The notes beneath the pieces were generated by a model. It made no database searches. It had not been told where the DNA came from and was given only the letters and a program-made list of their open reading frames with translations. Source: the human T2T-CHM13v2.0 reference genome, Homo sapiens. Taken from it: DNA of 64,000 nt. Within the stretch, counting starts at the first letter, position 1. Each line of letters starts with the position of its first letter. A program made the translations under genes and the position numbers. Below are positions 13,090 through 29,276 of this stretch, piece after piece. Location of the stretch: assembly GCF_009914755.1 (NCBI RefSeq), contig NC_060927.1; one strand, 5' to 3'.

Positions 13090-13270
13090 ATTGTTATGGC
13101 AAGGTCCAGGCCTAGAAGATAAAAAACTTAGAGTCAAATCTTTGCATTAGATGATAATAGATGAGGTATTTCACCTTTCTGAGCTTTAGTTCACTGACTT
13201 GTAACATGAAGATAAAAAATATCCTTTCAGTTTCTTAAATTGTATTTTGTGAGAGTCAAATGACAAAAAT
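13090..13270 (+). mobile_element. MIR
   Basis: ttcacctttctgagctttagttcactgacttgtaacatgaagataa core. Confidence 0.55.
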
Positions 13271-13604
13271 TACTATATTTGAAAAGTATTATTTTTAGTA
13301 AAAGGAATATGATCAATATCATTATCAGTTGATAACACCAGTTATCATGAGTTAGAATGGGACTTTGTTTATTTGGTGATTTTCCTTTGGTTTGTTTTTC
13401 TGAACCCTCTTGTCCATCTCCCAACACTAGTCCCAGTCAGATTTTTTTTTCTGTCAGACGTTTAGATTAATTCCTCCCAGCATTTTCTTTCTGTTTAGTG
13501 TTTACTTAAATAAAACCAGAAACCAAAAGTGTAAATACAAAGTATTCAACTTATGCTCTTGAAAAATCCACTTGTCCCTTTTTCCTAACGTCTTCTAAGA
13601 AGTA

Positions 13605-13960
13605 GTATCAGTTAGACCTTGCTGTGTAACAGAAGTTCACATAATCACAGCAGAATACACCAGAAGTGCACATTTCTCACATGTTTGTGGGTCAGCTGGG
13701 ATTGATATATCCAGGCTGGGCTCTGGTAGGTGGGTCCTGCAATAGGTCTCGCTAGTTTGGTGCTTTGCTATGAGCTAGTCTTAGACCTTCTCTACGTTGT
13801 ATTTAGTCTACAGCTGGGGCTAAAGGGGCGGCACCTTGGTGAATTTCTTTCATGAATATAAAAGGGGCATAAGATGGCAAGCACAATCAAACAAGGCACC
13901 ACAGTAGATTTGGCCTCAAAGGATGTTTGGCAAAATACTCTGAAACTAAATCTAACCTAA
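13605..13960 (-). mobile_element. Old MaLR LTR (MLT1J/K-like)
   Basis: tatcagttagaccttgctgtgtaaca...ttctcacatgtttgtgggtcagctggg. Confidence 0.5.
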
Positions 13961-15390
13961 TAATTCTCCCCCCAAGTAAAATGTTTATTTCAACAAAATT
14001 TAATCTTGTGTTGCCAGATGAAAGTTATGTTTACTTTCAAAAGTCAACGCTCGTAGTGACCACAATAGCAACTTTTTACATGGTTGAAGACACCATGCTA
14101 TTAAAACTTTGGTGTCTGTGCACATGTGAGCATTAATTCTTTTGATTACTTCTTGTATCAGGTACATTTTCATCAAATGTCTTATTCTTAATTTTCAAAA
14201 CTTTGAAACATTAGAATATTAAAATAATGTTTTAAAACACTAAGACAAAATACTGATGCCGTAGTATCTGTATATAGGAATAGTTTTTCTCTGTACATGA
14301 GTCAATGAGGATGAAAGTTTTGTGAAGGGAGGGTTTTACCTTCTTGAGTCATATTCAGATCCAAATTTGCAGTTCAGTACTAATGGAATACTACCATCAG
14401 TTTGTTTTGATGATTAGCATTGTAATGAAATTAGTTTATTCTACTGAGAAGCTGTTTTAGCCATTTCATTTTAAAATACTCATTAGTTGAATTGTATGTT
14501 TTACTATTGCGGTACTATGTTTTGTACATGGGCATAACAAAGATCCTAGGATAAAAACATGGGGTTCAATTTTCATGACAGAGGAGTTCAAAATGATTTC
14601 TGATAAGATCCACTTAAAAGCTATCTTTTTTCTTTGATGAAATGTTCAGTTAGCATTACAAAACTTACTAAAAAAATCGGACTCAGTGAAGATAACTGTA
14701 ATCATCACACACACTTGCATGCATGCCCCTCATAAATGCCTACTTTGTAAATGAGGCTTTTTGTTTCGACTGTCTCCACATTAAATAAATAGCTGTGAAC
14801 AGTTGATAAGTTTTAGGTGATTTATGTGGATCTTTATTAAAAATTAAAACATTGTTTGTAAAGTAAAACTAAGATTTTTTGAGCATAGATGTTCAGTTTA
14901 AACATTGTATGTAAGTGAATAGAGTTACTGTTCTTGGCTCTAGGGGGCTTCTTATGTCTCAAGAGTCAAGGGGTCCATCAGCGGGCCATATGTGAGATTG
15001 AATGCTTTCTCATGATCACATTTCCATTGGTGATTCTATCTGAAGTCTACCTTAGAGCTGGCATCCAGGCTGCTCAAAATATAATCCCTGGAAGCATTTC
15101 CAAAACCAAACACTCTCACCCTCTCCCTCCCTTTCTCTTCTTTTCTCCCTCTCTCCTTGAGTAAGTATGATCACGTGGTATAAAATCTTTTAAGAGATAC
15201 ATAGTAACAAGTATCTCTCTCATTTGAGTTTCCTATCCACCTTGTGCCATCTCCCAATATACCTGTGTTTACTGGTTTTTAAAATAAAAATGCAGTGCAA
15301 TGTTTCATTAAATTTTTATTTTGCATCGCTTCTCTTAAAATTACAAACATATGTGTGTATTACATATACATATGCATATACATCCAGATA

Positions 15391-16538
<1,148 letters not shown>

Positions 16539-18309
16539 ATATCTGTTTCATTTTATATGTTTTAAAGCCCACAGACACCAGCCAATCAGTGACTGAAAGA
16601 TGTTTGCTAATATGCTATGGAAAATTTGATTCTGGTTCTGAAAAAATAATCGGGTTACTGGAGAAATATTGAAGTAAGAAGCAGTGCTTTTAGAAATAAA
16701 AGTAATTTTCTTTTTTTTTTAAAAAAAACTCTTTTTAAGGAGCTCATAGGTTTGTTTTAAAAGCCCACATTTTTGTAACACAATGTGTTGTTAATAAAAA
16801 AAAATACAATAAAACTCCCCAAAGTATTTTTGATCACTTGGACACATCTAGACTGCCAATTTGTGGACAGGCTAGTTCTTGATGCATGCTTTGACATATA
16901 CATTAAACCTTCTTCTCATACTATTCCCTTGATGAATCTAATTCCCATCAAAACTGTGACATAACCTATAACTATCACCAGCTTCTTTGTGGGAGTTTAC
17001 GATCTTCATGATATATGCCTTCTGAAATATATGTCTGTAGGCTTATGGTAAAATTAATAAAACCGAAATTAAAACTGACAACTCTGAAATGATATGCTAC
17101 CCTTAGCATATGGAATAACTACCGTGAACACTTACGGGGTTTGTTGCAAGAGTATAGACAGTTACCCAATGGGGGATAACTTCTGAACTGTGTTGCTAAA
17201 TCTCATTTGACAGGTTTTGAATTTGGTATAATTTTTCTATAGCATTTTAGTGTTGGGTGAGCAATATGTTAGCTATGATTCAGATGACATTTTATTTCTA
17301 AGCCCTTTAGTCTTTCCCCTCCAAGTCCTCCTTCACTTCCCTGTCACACCCTCCTTTTTCTCTCCTTCCCTCTATATATACTCTATCTTATCTAAATATT
17401 TTAGCAGCTAGTTCATGGCTAGAAGATTCTTTATGAAATACAATAATAAAAAATTCTTTTGTCTGGCTGCAAATCTGAATGTGCACATCTGCAAATCTGA
17501 GAGTACGTGTCAGAGTTTTACTTGTCTATCTATGGATTTATTATGTTTTTATTTCTTATATCCTAACATTTATACTGTTATTTTGTCTGATGGTAAAAAT
17601 GTAAATTGCAAGGATTTAGTCCTGTACATTGTGTTGCATGATCCAGGCTTTTATAAAATCTGTCTTGGCCCCACTTCATGCATGCACATGTGTGTGTGCA
17701 TACACATTTCTTTTTTTTTTTTTTAATCTTTTTTATCTGATGAGTGAAGCGCTGCTAGCCAGAAGTTGACTTTGTGAAGAACAGCAGTATCCCTATAAAA
17801 GAAAGCCTTTTGCAGTTTGGAGGGAAAATAGGTAAGAATAGGTTGTTATAATAACAAAGCAATACTCATATATTGTAATTATGCTGAAACTTCAGGATTC
17901 CATATGCTGGAAACTATGTAGGATTATTCAAAAGATGAAAATAGTCAGAAAATAGGGCCAGAAGGAATTTGAGGTGCTATTAGGTATATTCTTTTTCCTT
18001 CCCTTACCCTAGTTTTACCTTGAAAGCATAGAAATTCTACAAACATGCTCCAAACATGATACATAAAAATAAACATATATTAACAAGTGTATAGTGGTTT
18101 TGCGTAGGAATGACTCCCCAAATCATGTATGTGGGCCTTTCCAAAATTTGTTCAAAATAAAATAGACTTTTGTTTCTGAGACAGGTTCGCTTGTGGCTGC
18201 CTTTAACAACTTTTTAATAATTGCCCCTAAATGATTTTTATCCCTGCAGTCAGGATCATTCTTTGCTATGAAACTATTTTATAAATAAGAAGATGCTGTA
18301 CCAGTGCTA

Positions 18310-18770
18310 TAGACAGTCTTGGTTATCTACTCAAAATTCAATCCACTGTTCTTTCTTGGTAACAAGGATGCAATGAGCCCTATTAAATGTTCATGTTCTA
18401 AGCCTTTCTTTTAGCTAAGAGTGAACTTGGTTTTAAACAATGGGTTTTGTGAGCAGAAATCCACAGGTAGTTTCTTGGGAAGAATGTTCTTCTTTACAAA
18501 TGGGATGATACCACTCTTCTACCAGCTTTCCCTTCCTCTTTCTTTCTTGAATAAGGATGTAATGGCCAGATTTGTAGCAGCCATATTGTGACCACATGGA
18601 GAAAGTTAATATATTTCAGAGTTCTTGACCCTGACAACGTATAGCTGCTGAATCTACACTAGCAACTGCAACTGTCTTCCTCCATGACTTCTTGTAAACT
18701 AAAAAAAAATTTTTCTCCCTGTGTCAACTATCATGTCAAGTATTTTGTTACTATTAGCTGATTCTAGCTA
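18310..18770 (+). mobile_element. MLT1J/K-like MaLR LTR
   Basis: ggatgtaatggccagatttgtagcagccatattgtgacca...tattttgttactattagctga. Confidence 0.6.
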
Positions 18771-18875
18771 CCTTAAATTGTAAATAGATATAAAAAGCTC
18801 ATTTGTTTACCTTAAATTTATAATTTTGGTGTTTTCTGTTGCTGTTATTGTTGTTGCTGTTATTTTGCCTGTATC

Positions 18876-19179
18876 TTCTTTCTTTCTTTCTTTCTTTTTT
18901 GAGACAGAGTGTCGCTCTGTCACCAGTCTGGAGTGCTGTGGCACAACCTTGGCTCACTACAAACTCCACCTCCTGGGTTCATGCGATTCTCCTGCCTCAG
19001 CCTCCTGAGTAGCTGGGACTACAGGCACGCACCACCATGCCCAGCTAAATTTTGTATTTTTAGTAGAGATGAGGTTTCATCATGTTGACCAGGATGGTCT
19101 CAATCTCTTGACCTTGTGATCTGCCTGCCTGGACCTCCCAAAGTGCTGGGATTACAGGTGTGAGCCACCGTGCCTGGCC
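18876..19179 (-). mobile_element. AluSc
   Basis: Full dimer; ctgtcaccag deletion and aggatggtctcaatctcttgacctt diagnostics. Confidence 0.92.
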
Positions 19180-22100
19180 TTTTTTTCTATTCTTAAAACA
19201 GGTCCTGTGCTCTTTGCTTTGATGCCTGTTTGCAATATACTTCCTGGGTTTTTCATCAAAAGCTTATATTAATTGAGGAGTTTGGAGTTGAAGGTGGTAG
19301 TCTCCCTCAGTTAAAAATACATTCTCTGGATTGAGGGAGTCAAGAGAGCTCTGTGGGTCTAATGAACACTGAGGATCAATTGCTGTGAGGATGTGGCTTT
19401 GCAGAACATCAGGAGGCTACATCTGGCCCAGGAACTCTGAATTTCACTAAGGCTTTCTGTCTCCGAAGCATAGTGCAGCAGCAGCAGAGACAGGGCCTGT
19501 GCTAAACTGAATCCCTCTAAATCAAGGTCTCATTCATCCTCCTTCTACTGAGCTAAAGTCCCCCATCTGACCTTACCCTGAAGCTTTTCCCCATATCCTT
19601 ACCACATGTTTTCTTGGTGTCCGCTGTCTCTTGGAATGACATCCTACCTCCATCTGGCTGCTTCCCCATGACCAGAGGTGTCACAAAAGTCCTCTTCAAA
19701 GGGCTGCTCTGGCCTCTCCACCTAGGCAAATGATGCAAATGCCCTTCTTTATGCTTCTGATCTATGAAAGGAAGAAGGCATTCTGATGAGACTTGATTTC
19801 ACTTGGACGATTAAAGCAGAAGTAGGACCCAAGGTCCCTCTACTCTCAGATCTACAAAATTATGATTCTATTGTCCCTCCTCTTTGGAGATAACTCTGCA
19901 ATGGAGGAAGGGTTCATAAGTTAAGAGCCTTTGTTAGAAATATTGGCTCATGTTATATTATAAACCATAATCTTCATCAGTAACATATGGGAATTTGGAC
20001 AATAAGATCTGTAATATTCACCTCATATCAAATGCACAATTATTCTATCAAAAGTTTCTTACAACTTATAAGGTATACTTGGCTTTTCAGAGGATGCAGT
20101 GGGGATTCTGGTGCAAATTTATTCTAAAAAAATTGTAAAACCAAAATATTTCAGAACTCTTCTACTTCTTAGCAAATGGTGCATTCTCCATTAGAATATT
20201 TGTTGGAGCATAGCAGGCAGTCAATAAATATTTACCAAACGAAAGAATGAATGAATGACTATCAATTTGGGATGCTTTATACCCCAAGATCTAAAACAAT
20301 GAGCACATGTTTTAATTATAGCAGTTCTCATTTGACCCTTACCATAAATCCCTGGTCTTTACAAAAGCCAAATGCAATCTTTCAAACATGTGAGTTTCTG
20401 CATCTGGGTGATTCAGAACAGAAGGGGTTAATAAAGGATTGGATGCATCCATAGGATTTCTGTGAAGCACAAAAAGTACAGTGCCAACAAAATCCCCTGA
20501 AGAGTAAACAAAACTTGGAACTGTTGCAAACAATAAATTGTCAATACCTTATAGAAGAAATGGATAATGAAAACTTATCATGCCTATAGTTAGTATCCTC
20601 TTTAAAAGAATTTACAGAGCCTATGAAATTAAATTCTGTGCACAGTTCTCTTAATTTGTCCTTAATTAAACAATACTCCATAAATGGTGCATTCAGTGAC
20701 CAAATGTTCAGAGACAGCAAAATGGTGGGTCCCAAGCCATTAGGAATGAAATAAAGGCAGTCCCTGGAGAGTCTGCAAGAATCTGGTCTCTCTAAGTGAC
20801 AACTGATGGTTTAGGAAAGATAATTAACTTTGCAATTACAAACTGCAGCTTTCACGACTGCTGTTTTTCCCCCAGCATAATCTTTTAAATGTTGGATTAT
20901 TTCCTATAATATGAAATAGTTTGCTTAGAAAGGGGTAAAGCAAACAAATGCCCCACCTTGGGCTGCTGAGTTCATCAAGAATTAAGTCCTTATTGATTAA
21001 TTTAATGGGTATTGTTTTTTATTTCTAATGTTAGATCAATATCCATTTAATGTGTGATGGCTATGCTGATTTTCAACACACTAATTTCATCAGAAAATTT
21101 ATACAAATATCAAAACAATATATTGATTCTATACAAAACCAGAAAAATAGAACTTTTATTTTTATCAGAAAATAAATAAAATTTCTGTTCAGTAAGCTAT
21201 GAGGTAAAACTTTTAAAGAATCCTTATACTCCTATAGATTTAGTAACTGTATGCCATTTTTTCCTGCTTAAGTGATTCTCTGAAAATCTCATTACTTTAT
21301 TTATTATGGATTTTTAAATTACCTTAGTACCGGAATAATCCAGTTTTCTTTCTCCTTCCTCAAAGAATTCAGTCTACCCTAACTCTACCTGAACAACTTT
21401 CCTTAATGTCAACTGACACTATGCATTAGGCAAATGTTAATGACAAATAAGAATTGCTGTTTTTTCTTTGAAAATCTGATCGCAGGAAGGCCACTTCATT
21501 GTGTCTATGCAGACAGAAATTGTGAACTGTATAAATATCCTGAACTAATTTTAGACCCAAAATACCCATCTTCTCCTCAATATTATCTGGTTCATCCGAT
21601 GGCCATGTCTTTCTCTTCTTTATCTGATTTTCTGATTATTTCTATTTCTACATAGATGTGCCTGTCTGTACATGTTCAGAGTGGTCCTATCACTCACAGC
21701 AAATACACTAGCAAATAGACTTTGAAAGTTGACTCAGTCGTGGAAATGCACAAATTGCCTTTTGTTTACAGTATGTAATAAAGATGAAGAATTAGGAAGC
21801 ATCTGAAAGATAAACTGGTTTTTATTTGGTGCCTCAAAAACTCAGAGAAAATTTGTAAGACCATCCCTTTGTCATTAGGCTTTTACATAATGTACTTAGG
21901 TTTTATTAGAAACCCTCATGTTGTTAAGGAATCTTTATATGTTCTCTGAACTTGGGCAGGATCACCCTTTCTCTCTCTCTTCCTTCTTTTCTTTCTTCCT
22001 TCTTTTATTTGAGCATCAAATATTTATTGAACTCTTACTACATACTACTACTAAGCCTGAATCTATGGCTACAGAGATCTACACAAGGAAGTGGCCATTA

Positions 22101-22718
22101 ACTGAAAGTTGAAGTTCTTTTGCTAGCAGATCTCATACAGATACAGCCACTGGGGACTTAGATAAATACAGAGAAGTGGGCTGCTTCTCTTCCTGGAGGC
22201 TAGCTTCTACACTGGGACAGAAAACCCAGGCAACTTTCCATGTCTAAGTCCATTTCCATGTCTGCTCAGCAAAATTCCCATCTCTTTCTAAGGAAAAGAG
22301 TAATGAATACAAATTATCCACCAAGCTTCTTGACAAAAGCCCATTTTCCTACAAGATTGTGTTTGTTTCCACCTTAGTCAGCCTCCAGATTATAAGGATG
22401 CTCCTCCTTAATGCCTTTAACCTCTGACTCCTGCATTTGTCCCTTTACATTAACCTGGCCTTGGGCACTACGTTAAGTTGTATCCTAATAGCATCTGTGT
22501 ATCTCCTGGGCTCCCCAAGACTATCTCCCACTTGTCTAATCTGTGACTTCTCATTTCTCTTTTCCCTATTTCCTTCACCACTTTTTTGTTTTGCATCACA
22601 CCTCATCCTCCACTTGAGTCTTCTCTTTTAGCTCTCTTATGTTATCACCTGGTTTAAATTCACTCTCCCAACTCTGACCTTCTAACACATGCCCTCATGT
22701 CTCAAGAACTGTTTAGAA

Positions 22719-22843
22719 CTACTCAGGAGGCTGAGGTGGGATGGTGGCTTCAGCTGGGAAGTCAAGGCCGCAGTGAGATGAAATCACGCCACTATAATCC
22801 AGCCTGGGTGACAGAGCAGGACCCTCTCTAAAAAAAAAAAAAA
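22719..22843 (+). mobile_element. AluJ right-arm fragment with poly-A
   Basis: ctactcaggaggctgaggtggg...ccagcctgggtgacagagcaggaccc...aaaaaaaaaaaaaa. Confidence 0.88.
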
Positions 22844-23214
22844 GTTCAGAAAGTATAGCATCACCCTGCCTTCATGTTTCATGGAGTTTCTCAGCTGGCC
22901 TGGGCCAGATCATGAGTGGGGAAAGGGGATGAAGGAATGCATTATGCATTCAACTGTTAACCCATAATCCAAAGCTTCATTGTCTTCTTTTCAGACAAAT
23001 ACAGAAGTTCCAACACTCATATTTATTATCTGCCGTTTCAAGATGAATATTTCTATGGACTTATTTTGGAATACATTGTTTTCCAACTCTAAATCATGCT
23101 ATAAACCTTGTGCTTTTTTCACTACATAAAGTAAAAGGGCTACATCCCAGATGATCAGGAATGTGTCATATTTGTTGTTGTATTTCCTTGACAACTACCG
23201 TAGGATGTTGGTGG

Positions 23215-23499
23215 AATGTTCTCAAACTTTATCCAACAAATGCTAATTCTGCTTGATATCACTGTGCATTTTGCATGGAAAACTTTCCATCAGCAAATAT
23301 GGGAATCATGGGCTAAACAAAACTAAATAGGTTCCTTTACTTCAGGACTCCCTGAGTCTTAAATATGGTAATGTACTTACAGTATTCCAAGAGGAAGATA
23401 AAGGATATGATACTTGACCATGAATGCTTTTTTTTTTTCTGAAGCGTCTTGAATAGCTAGTGTTAGTGCTCTGTGGAGCACACATTTAGTGAAATACTG
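23215..23499 (-). mobile_element. MER103C-like hAT-Charlie element
   Basis: gggctaaacaaaactaaataggttcctttacttcaggactccctgagtcttaaatatggtaatg...ttccaagagg. Confidence 0.6.
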
Positions 23500-24059
23500 T
23501 TCCACAAAATGAAATTTTAAGTATTTAGAGAGTAATTAAAAGGCTTTCATAATTTGGTCCTCATTTTCCTTTCTATCTTAACTTATTTAACTTCCATAAA
23601 TTTCTTGTTAAGAACTTTATATTCCAGGCAAAAAAAAAAAAAGGCCATTTGTTATTTCAACACAATCTATGCTTTGCTAAACACCTGCTTTGCTCCCCTT
23701 TTTTTCCACTCTTCCATCTAGCTTTCTCCAGTTAAAATTATTGCCCCTACAAAACGTCTCCTTATCCACAAAGCCTTGGTTTATTACTTAACTGCATGTG
23801 ACTTTCCTGTATTCTCAAATTCTGTAGTACCATTTTTTATGGCATATATCACAATCTGTTGGATATTGTTGCTAATGGTGACCTCATTTCCACTATCAGT
23901 TTCCAATTTTTTTAAAAAAGAATACTATTGTATGTTGAGTTATCTCCATGAACTAGCCATTCTTTGAGGAATTTTATTCATTTATTAATTTAGTCATTAA
24001 TTCATGTTAGGATGAGTTCAATCAGCCAAGCTAGATGGCTTCAATTTCAGCCAGCCATC

Positions 24060-25365
<1,306 letters not shown>

Positions 25366-25729
25366 GTCTTAGAGCAGAGGTGGGCTTTCATTTCGACTTT
25401 GGGACTTCCAGAGTTACATGCTTTTGACGACACAGTATTGCCTCTTTCATGGAGGATATGTGTCATATAAATACATCTCATAATACCTACTGCAGAAAGT
25501 AAGTGCTTACTAAATATTTATTGAATAAATAATTCTCTGACCTGAAAGTGACTCTAGAGAATAAAATTCTTAAATTTTCAGAGTAACTAGACTGTATCAA
25601 AGCACACAGGCTGGAAAAAATAGTCATTTACCAAAGAAAAAATAGAGTGATCTCTTTGTCACTGAAACACTTTGCTTTTAGGAGAGCAGGACTGAAGATC
25701 TCATTTCCAAACTTAAGCATTTGTGTGGC

Positions 25730-25897
25730 CACATTACTAGACCAGAATTACCTGGGGAAAGAAACTTCTGGGAATTTGTTAGAAATGAAAATTTTCCAGG
25801 TCTACTAAATCAGAAATTCTGGGGATGGGACCCAGCAGTCTGCATTTGAATAACCCTTCAGGTAATTCTGAGAGATGCTCAAATTTGAGAATCACTA
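25730..25897. mobile_element. MER5A/B (hAT-Charlie)
   Basis: gggaatttgttagaaatg...ctactaaatcagaaattctggggatgggacccagcagtctgcattt...tttgagaatcacta followed by atctagag. Confidence 0.8.
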
Positions 25898-26788
25898 ATC
25901 TAGAGCCACTAAATTCCTGGGCAAGTGAATAAAAGGAGAAGTCGAAGTAGGCCCTATTTGGTGAATCTGCAAGTTTGGTGGGTAAGAGGAATGATAAGAG
26001 GAGCCACCAAATTGCAACTTTAGACAATTCAGGAGTCAGGCAAAAGTGGAAATGGTAGCAAGCAGCCTTTTGGAGCAAGCGCATCTTGAAGTTTCAAATA
26101 AGTAACAGAGTCACTCATTGGCAATGCTGGGGATTTCTCCAGTCGTATATGGCAGCACCTTTTCCACCCATGCTCATGGCAGGTGGGTTGCTGATTGCTT
26201 GTTACTTGGGCAATCTCTGGGTAAATTAATGAATCACATCATGGATTCCTATCCTTTTAGTCATGCAATTTGATATAAATGGTGACGCAACCACACTGCC
26301 CTCTCCAGCTACGTGTGTTCGTGTCTCTCCTTAAGAACAGTTTCTCCCCAGATCAATGTATGATGGTAGGATAATATTTTGAAATGCTAATCACCATAAG
26401 CGTTGTTTTTTACCCTTTATTTTCTACTTGCTTCTGTGTCACTATGCTCAAAGTTGAAGCCCTGATTCTCTGTGGCTTTTCTGTTCCATTATCCTAAGAC
26501 TTTAGGACACCTTAGCAGATATGTTAAACAGTTGATAAAGATGACTGAGACATAGACAAGGTATCTTAGTAAAAAACACAAACAGGAAAGAGATATTCCT
26601 TTGACTGAAGGTTGGAGATTTAAAAGGGAAGAAAGAGGAAAGACTGGGATAGAACTTTCATGTAGCTTTGATGGTGAAGAAGAATCTCAGAAAGAAAATG
26701 GTTTGTGGCTATGGTTATGTCTATAAGTGCAGGGGAAGCCTTGCAGAAGTATTCCAGGCCCCAAACCTGAAATAAAAAGAGCAGAGAG

Positions 26789-27086
26789 GTTGGGCTGCGT
26801 AGCTCATGTCTGTAATCCCAGTACTTTGGGAGGCTGAAGTGGGGAATTGCTTCAGCTCAGGAGTTCAAGACCGGCCTGGGCAACATAGTGAGACCCTGTC
26901 TCTACAAAAAATTTAAAAATTAGCTGAGCGTGCTGGTGCATGCTTATAGTTCCAGCTACTTGGAAGGCTGAGGTGAGAGGATCACTTGAGCCTAGGAATG
27001 CGAGGCAATAGAGAATTATGATCACACCACTGCACTCTGGCTGGGATGACAGAGCTAGACTATGTCTCAAAAGAGAGAGAGAGAGC
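26789..27086 (+). mobile_element. AluJ
   Basis: ggttgggctgcgtagctcatgtctgtaatcccag...gggcaacatagtgagaccctgtctctaca...aggatcacttgagccta; (GA)n tail. Confidence 0.92.
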
Positions 27087-27849
27087 AAAGAAAGAATAGA
27101 GAACTTCTAGGACAGCAGAAGTGTGAGCAGTAACTCTCTAGACAAGTGACCCATAACTAGTTCCATAACACCCCCTCCAAATACCTTGCCACTATGCAAA
27201 ACTCAACAAGTAGAACTCAGAAAATGGCTAAGTTTAATTTTTCCTCTAAGCCTAGGAAATGAGTTGATTTATGGCAAAGGCAGTACAATTTCTTTCAGAT
27301 ATAAGTATGTGAACTGAAGCTAATAATTCCTAAGACTGTGACTCTTTTGTCACTAAGATTATGTCTTCTCCATTACTTTATTTTGATAAACAATGTGCTG
27401 TGTAGGGAAGACCCATTATCCCGAAATGAACTTAAAACTGCTAGATCAGCTGTTTTTAGAGGTGAATTGCCAGAAACAGGGGAAAGAAGGAAGAGAAGAG
27501 GCAAATGTAATCAGATTTCAGACTTAGTGATGATAACTGGTATATAAATTCTTATTTGGAAGGGCTGGATATCACTGTTACTCGGTGGTGCTCCTGCAGT
27601 GGTTTCACTTGATATTTGTCTCCTCTTAACCTAGTAGGAAAGTCAGGCTGTGAATACCATTACATGTACATAGTGCAATAAAGTATGTTTGTTTAGATAT
27701 TAACAACTTCCTCCTTAGATATTAACAACAATCCTCCACTGGTAGGATAGAGAAGAAAGTGATTAAATTTGGGGACTGGAGGATGTATGAGTCAGGGTCC
27801 CAGTACAAAACAGATGAGTCATTTAAAAGAGTAGCTCTGAAACGAAAAA

Positions 27850-28260
27850 AAAAGGATGGTTGTAAAGAAACACAGGGCAAAGAACCCACATCCATGGCTC
27901 AGTAGAACCTGAGCTATTACACCCAAGATCCAAACAGGAAAGAAAGGGACCAGAGAAAGGAAAGGGTCCAGAGCCTGAAGGGAAAGAGATGTAGAATCAG
28001 AGAACTCGAGAGGAACAGTATGCTTCATTTGAGACACAGCCAGAGATGAGTTCACAGGAAGGATGCTGGGTGTACATCCTTAGGCCTTACCCACCTACCT
28101 ATTTCAGTCTTCTCTTAGGGGTCCCCATATGCTGAACCCAGCCTGAAGCTAAAGGACTTAAGAGCCCAGGTGATGTAGCCCATGAAGTAAGCCTTTTCAG
28201 GCTGAGGCCAGGCAGGGTTGAAAAAGGTGGATCTGGAGGAACAAACAGAGGTTACATGAA
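27850..28260 (-). mobile_element. Ancient ERVL-class LTR fragment
   Basis: gaacccagcctgaagctaaagg...gagcccaggtgatgtagcccat...ggtggatctggaggaacaaacagag. Confidence 0.4.
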
Positions 28261-28508
28261 TGAGAAATGGTGTCTCAGAGTAGATGATGCCTGAACAATT
28301 TGAAGGAGCCATAGGAGTCTGCCAGATATAGAATGGAAGAAATTACTTAGGTTTGCTTCCCAAGTTGGTTTTATGTTGCTACAATTCTGACATTTTCTAA
28401 ACACATTTTCACTTATTAGAATAGGATGTAAGCAGTATGGTGGGTGGGTTTTACCCAGCCACATTTAATTTCTTAAGTTAGTTCATATATCAATATCTTG
28501 TCACCTGT

Positions 28509-28961
28509 TGTTATGAGTTGAATTGTGCCCTCCAAAATGATAGTGAAGTTCTAACCCCTAGTACCTGTGAATTTGACTTTACTTAGAAATAGGATCTCTG
28601 TAGATGATCAAGTTAAGATGAGGTCAGTAGGGTGGGTCCTAATCCAGTATGAACGGTATCCTTACAAAAAGGGGAAATTTAGGCATAGAGACAGAAATGC
28701 ACACAGGGAACAGTAGATGAAGTTGAAGGCCGAGATTGGGGTGATATGTCTACAAGCAAAGCCAGAGATTGCCAGTAAACTACCAGAAGCTAAAGCAGAA
28801 GGAATGGAACATATTCTCCCTCACGGTCCTCAGAAGGAACCATCCCTGCTGACCCCTTGATCTTGCCTCCAGGCCTCCAGAACTATGAGACAGTATATTT
28901 CTTTTGTTTAAACCACTTAGTTTGTGGTACTTTTTTATAACAGCGCTAGCAAATTAACACA
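28509..28961 (+). mobile_element. MLT1B/C MaLR solo LTR
   Basis: tgttatgagttgaattgtg...gttaagatgaggtca...ctccagaactatgagaca...aattaacaca; TSD cctgt/cctct. Confidence 0.88.
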
Positions 28962-29109
28962 CCTCTCAGTAACATATCCTCTTATCCCCTATAATTCTTC
29001 TTCTCTGCTACAAAACACATATGTCAATGATGGAAAAACTGCTCACCTTTATACAAAACAATATAAAGTATCAGAAGATATATTATATTTAACAAGGTTA
29101 TATTTCCAA

Positions 29110-29276
29110 CAGAGGTCAATTTATTGTGAAACCAATAAAACTTAAGCCTTGAGACCCTCAATTATCTCAACCCCTTCTAAGGCCCAGTATCTAATTTTTA
29201 TATTCTTAATTTAAACTCTTTTTCTAAAAGAGAGTACCCTGGTTATTTGGACTCCACAGAACCTGTGTCTGCCCTT
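29110..29276 (-). mobile_element. MER53 (hAT)
   Basis: cagaggtcaatttattgtgaaaccaataaaacttaagc...ccccttctaaggccc...ccacagaacctgtgtctgccc. Confidence 0.65.

Noticed and set aside
17088-17186. C/D-box snoRNA (atgata...ctga) or EBNA1-like site (atatgctaccc)
   Set aside because: Box C does not match RUGAUGA and there is no convincing terminal stem. The EBNA1 similarity is a half-site only.
17792-17837. TATA box (ctataaaag) followed by a splice donor (ag|gtaaga)
   Set aside because: It would give a first exon of only about 10 nt. Such motifs are expected by chance in 64 kb and nothing else supports it.
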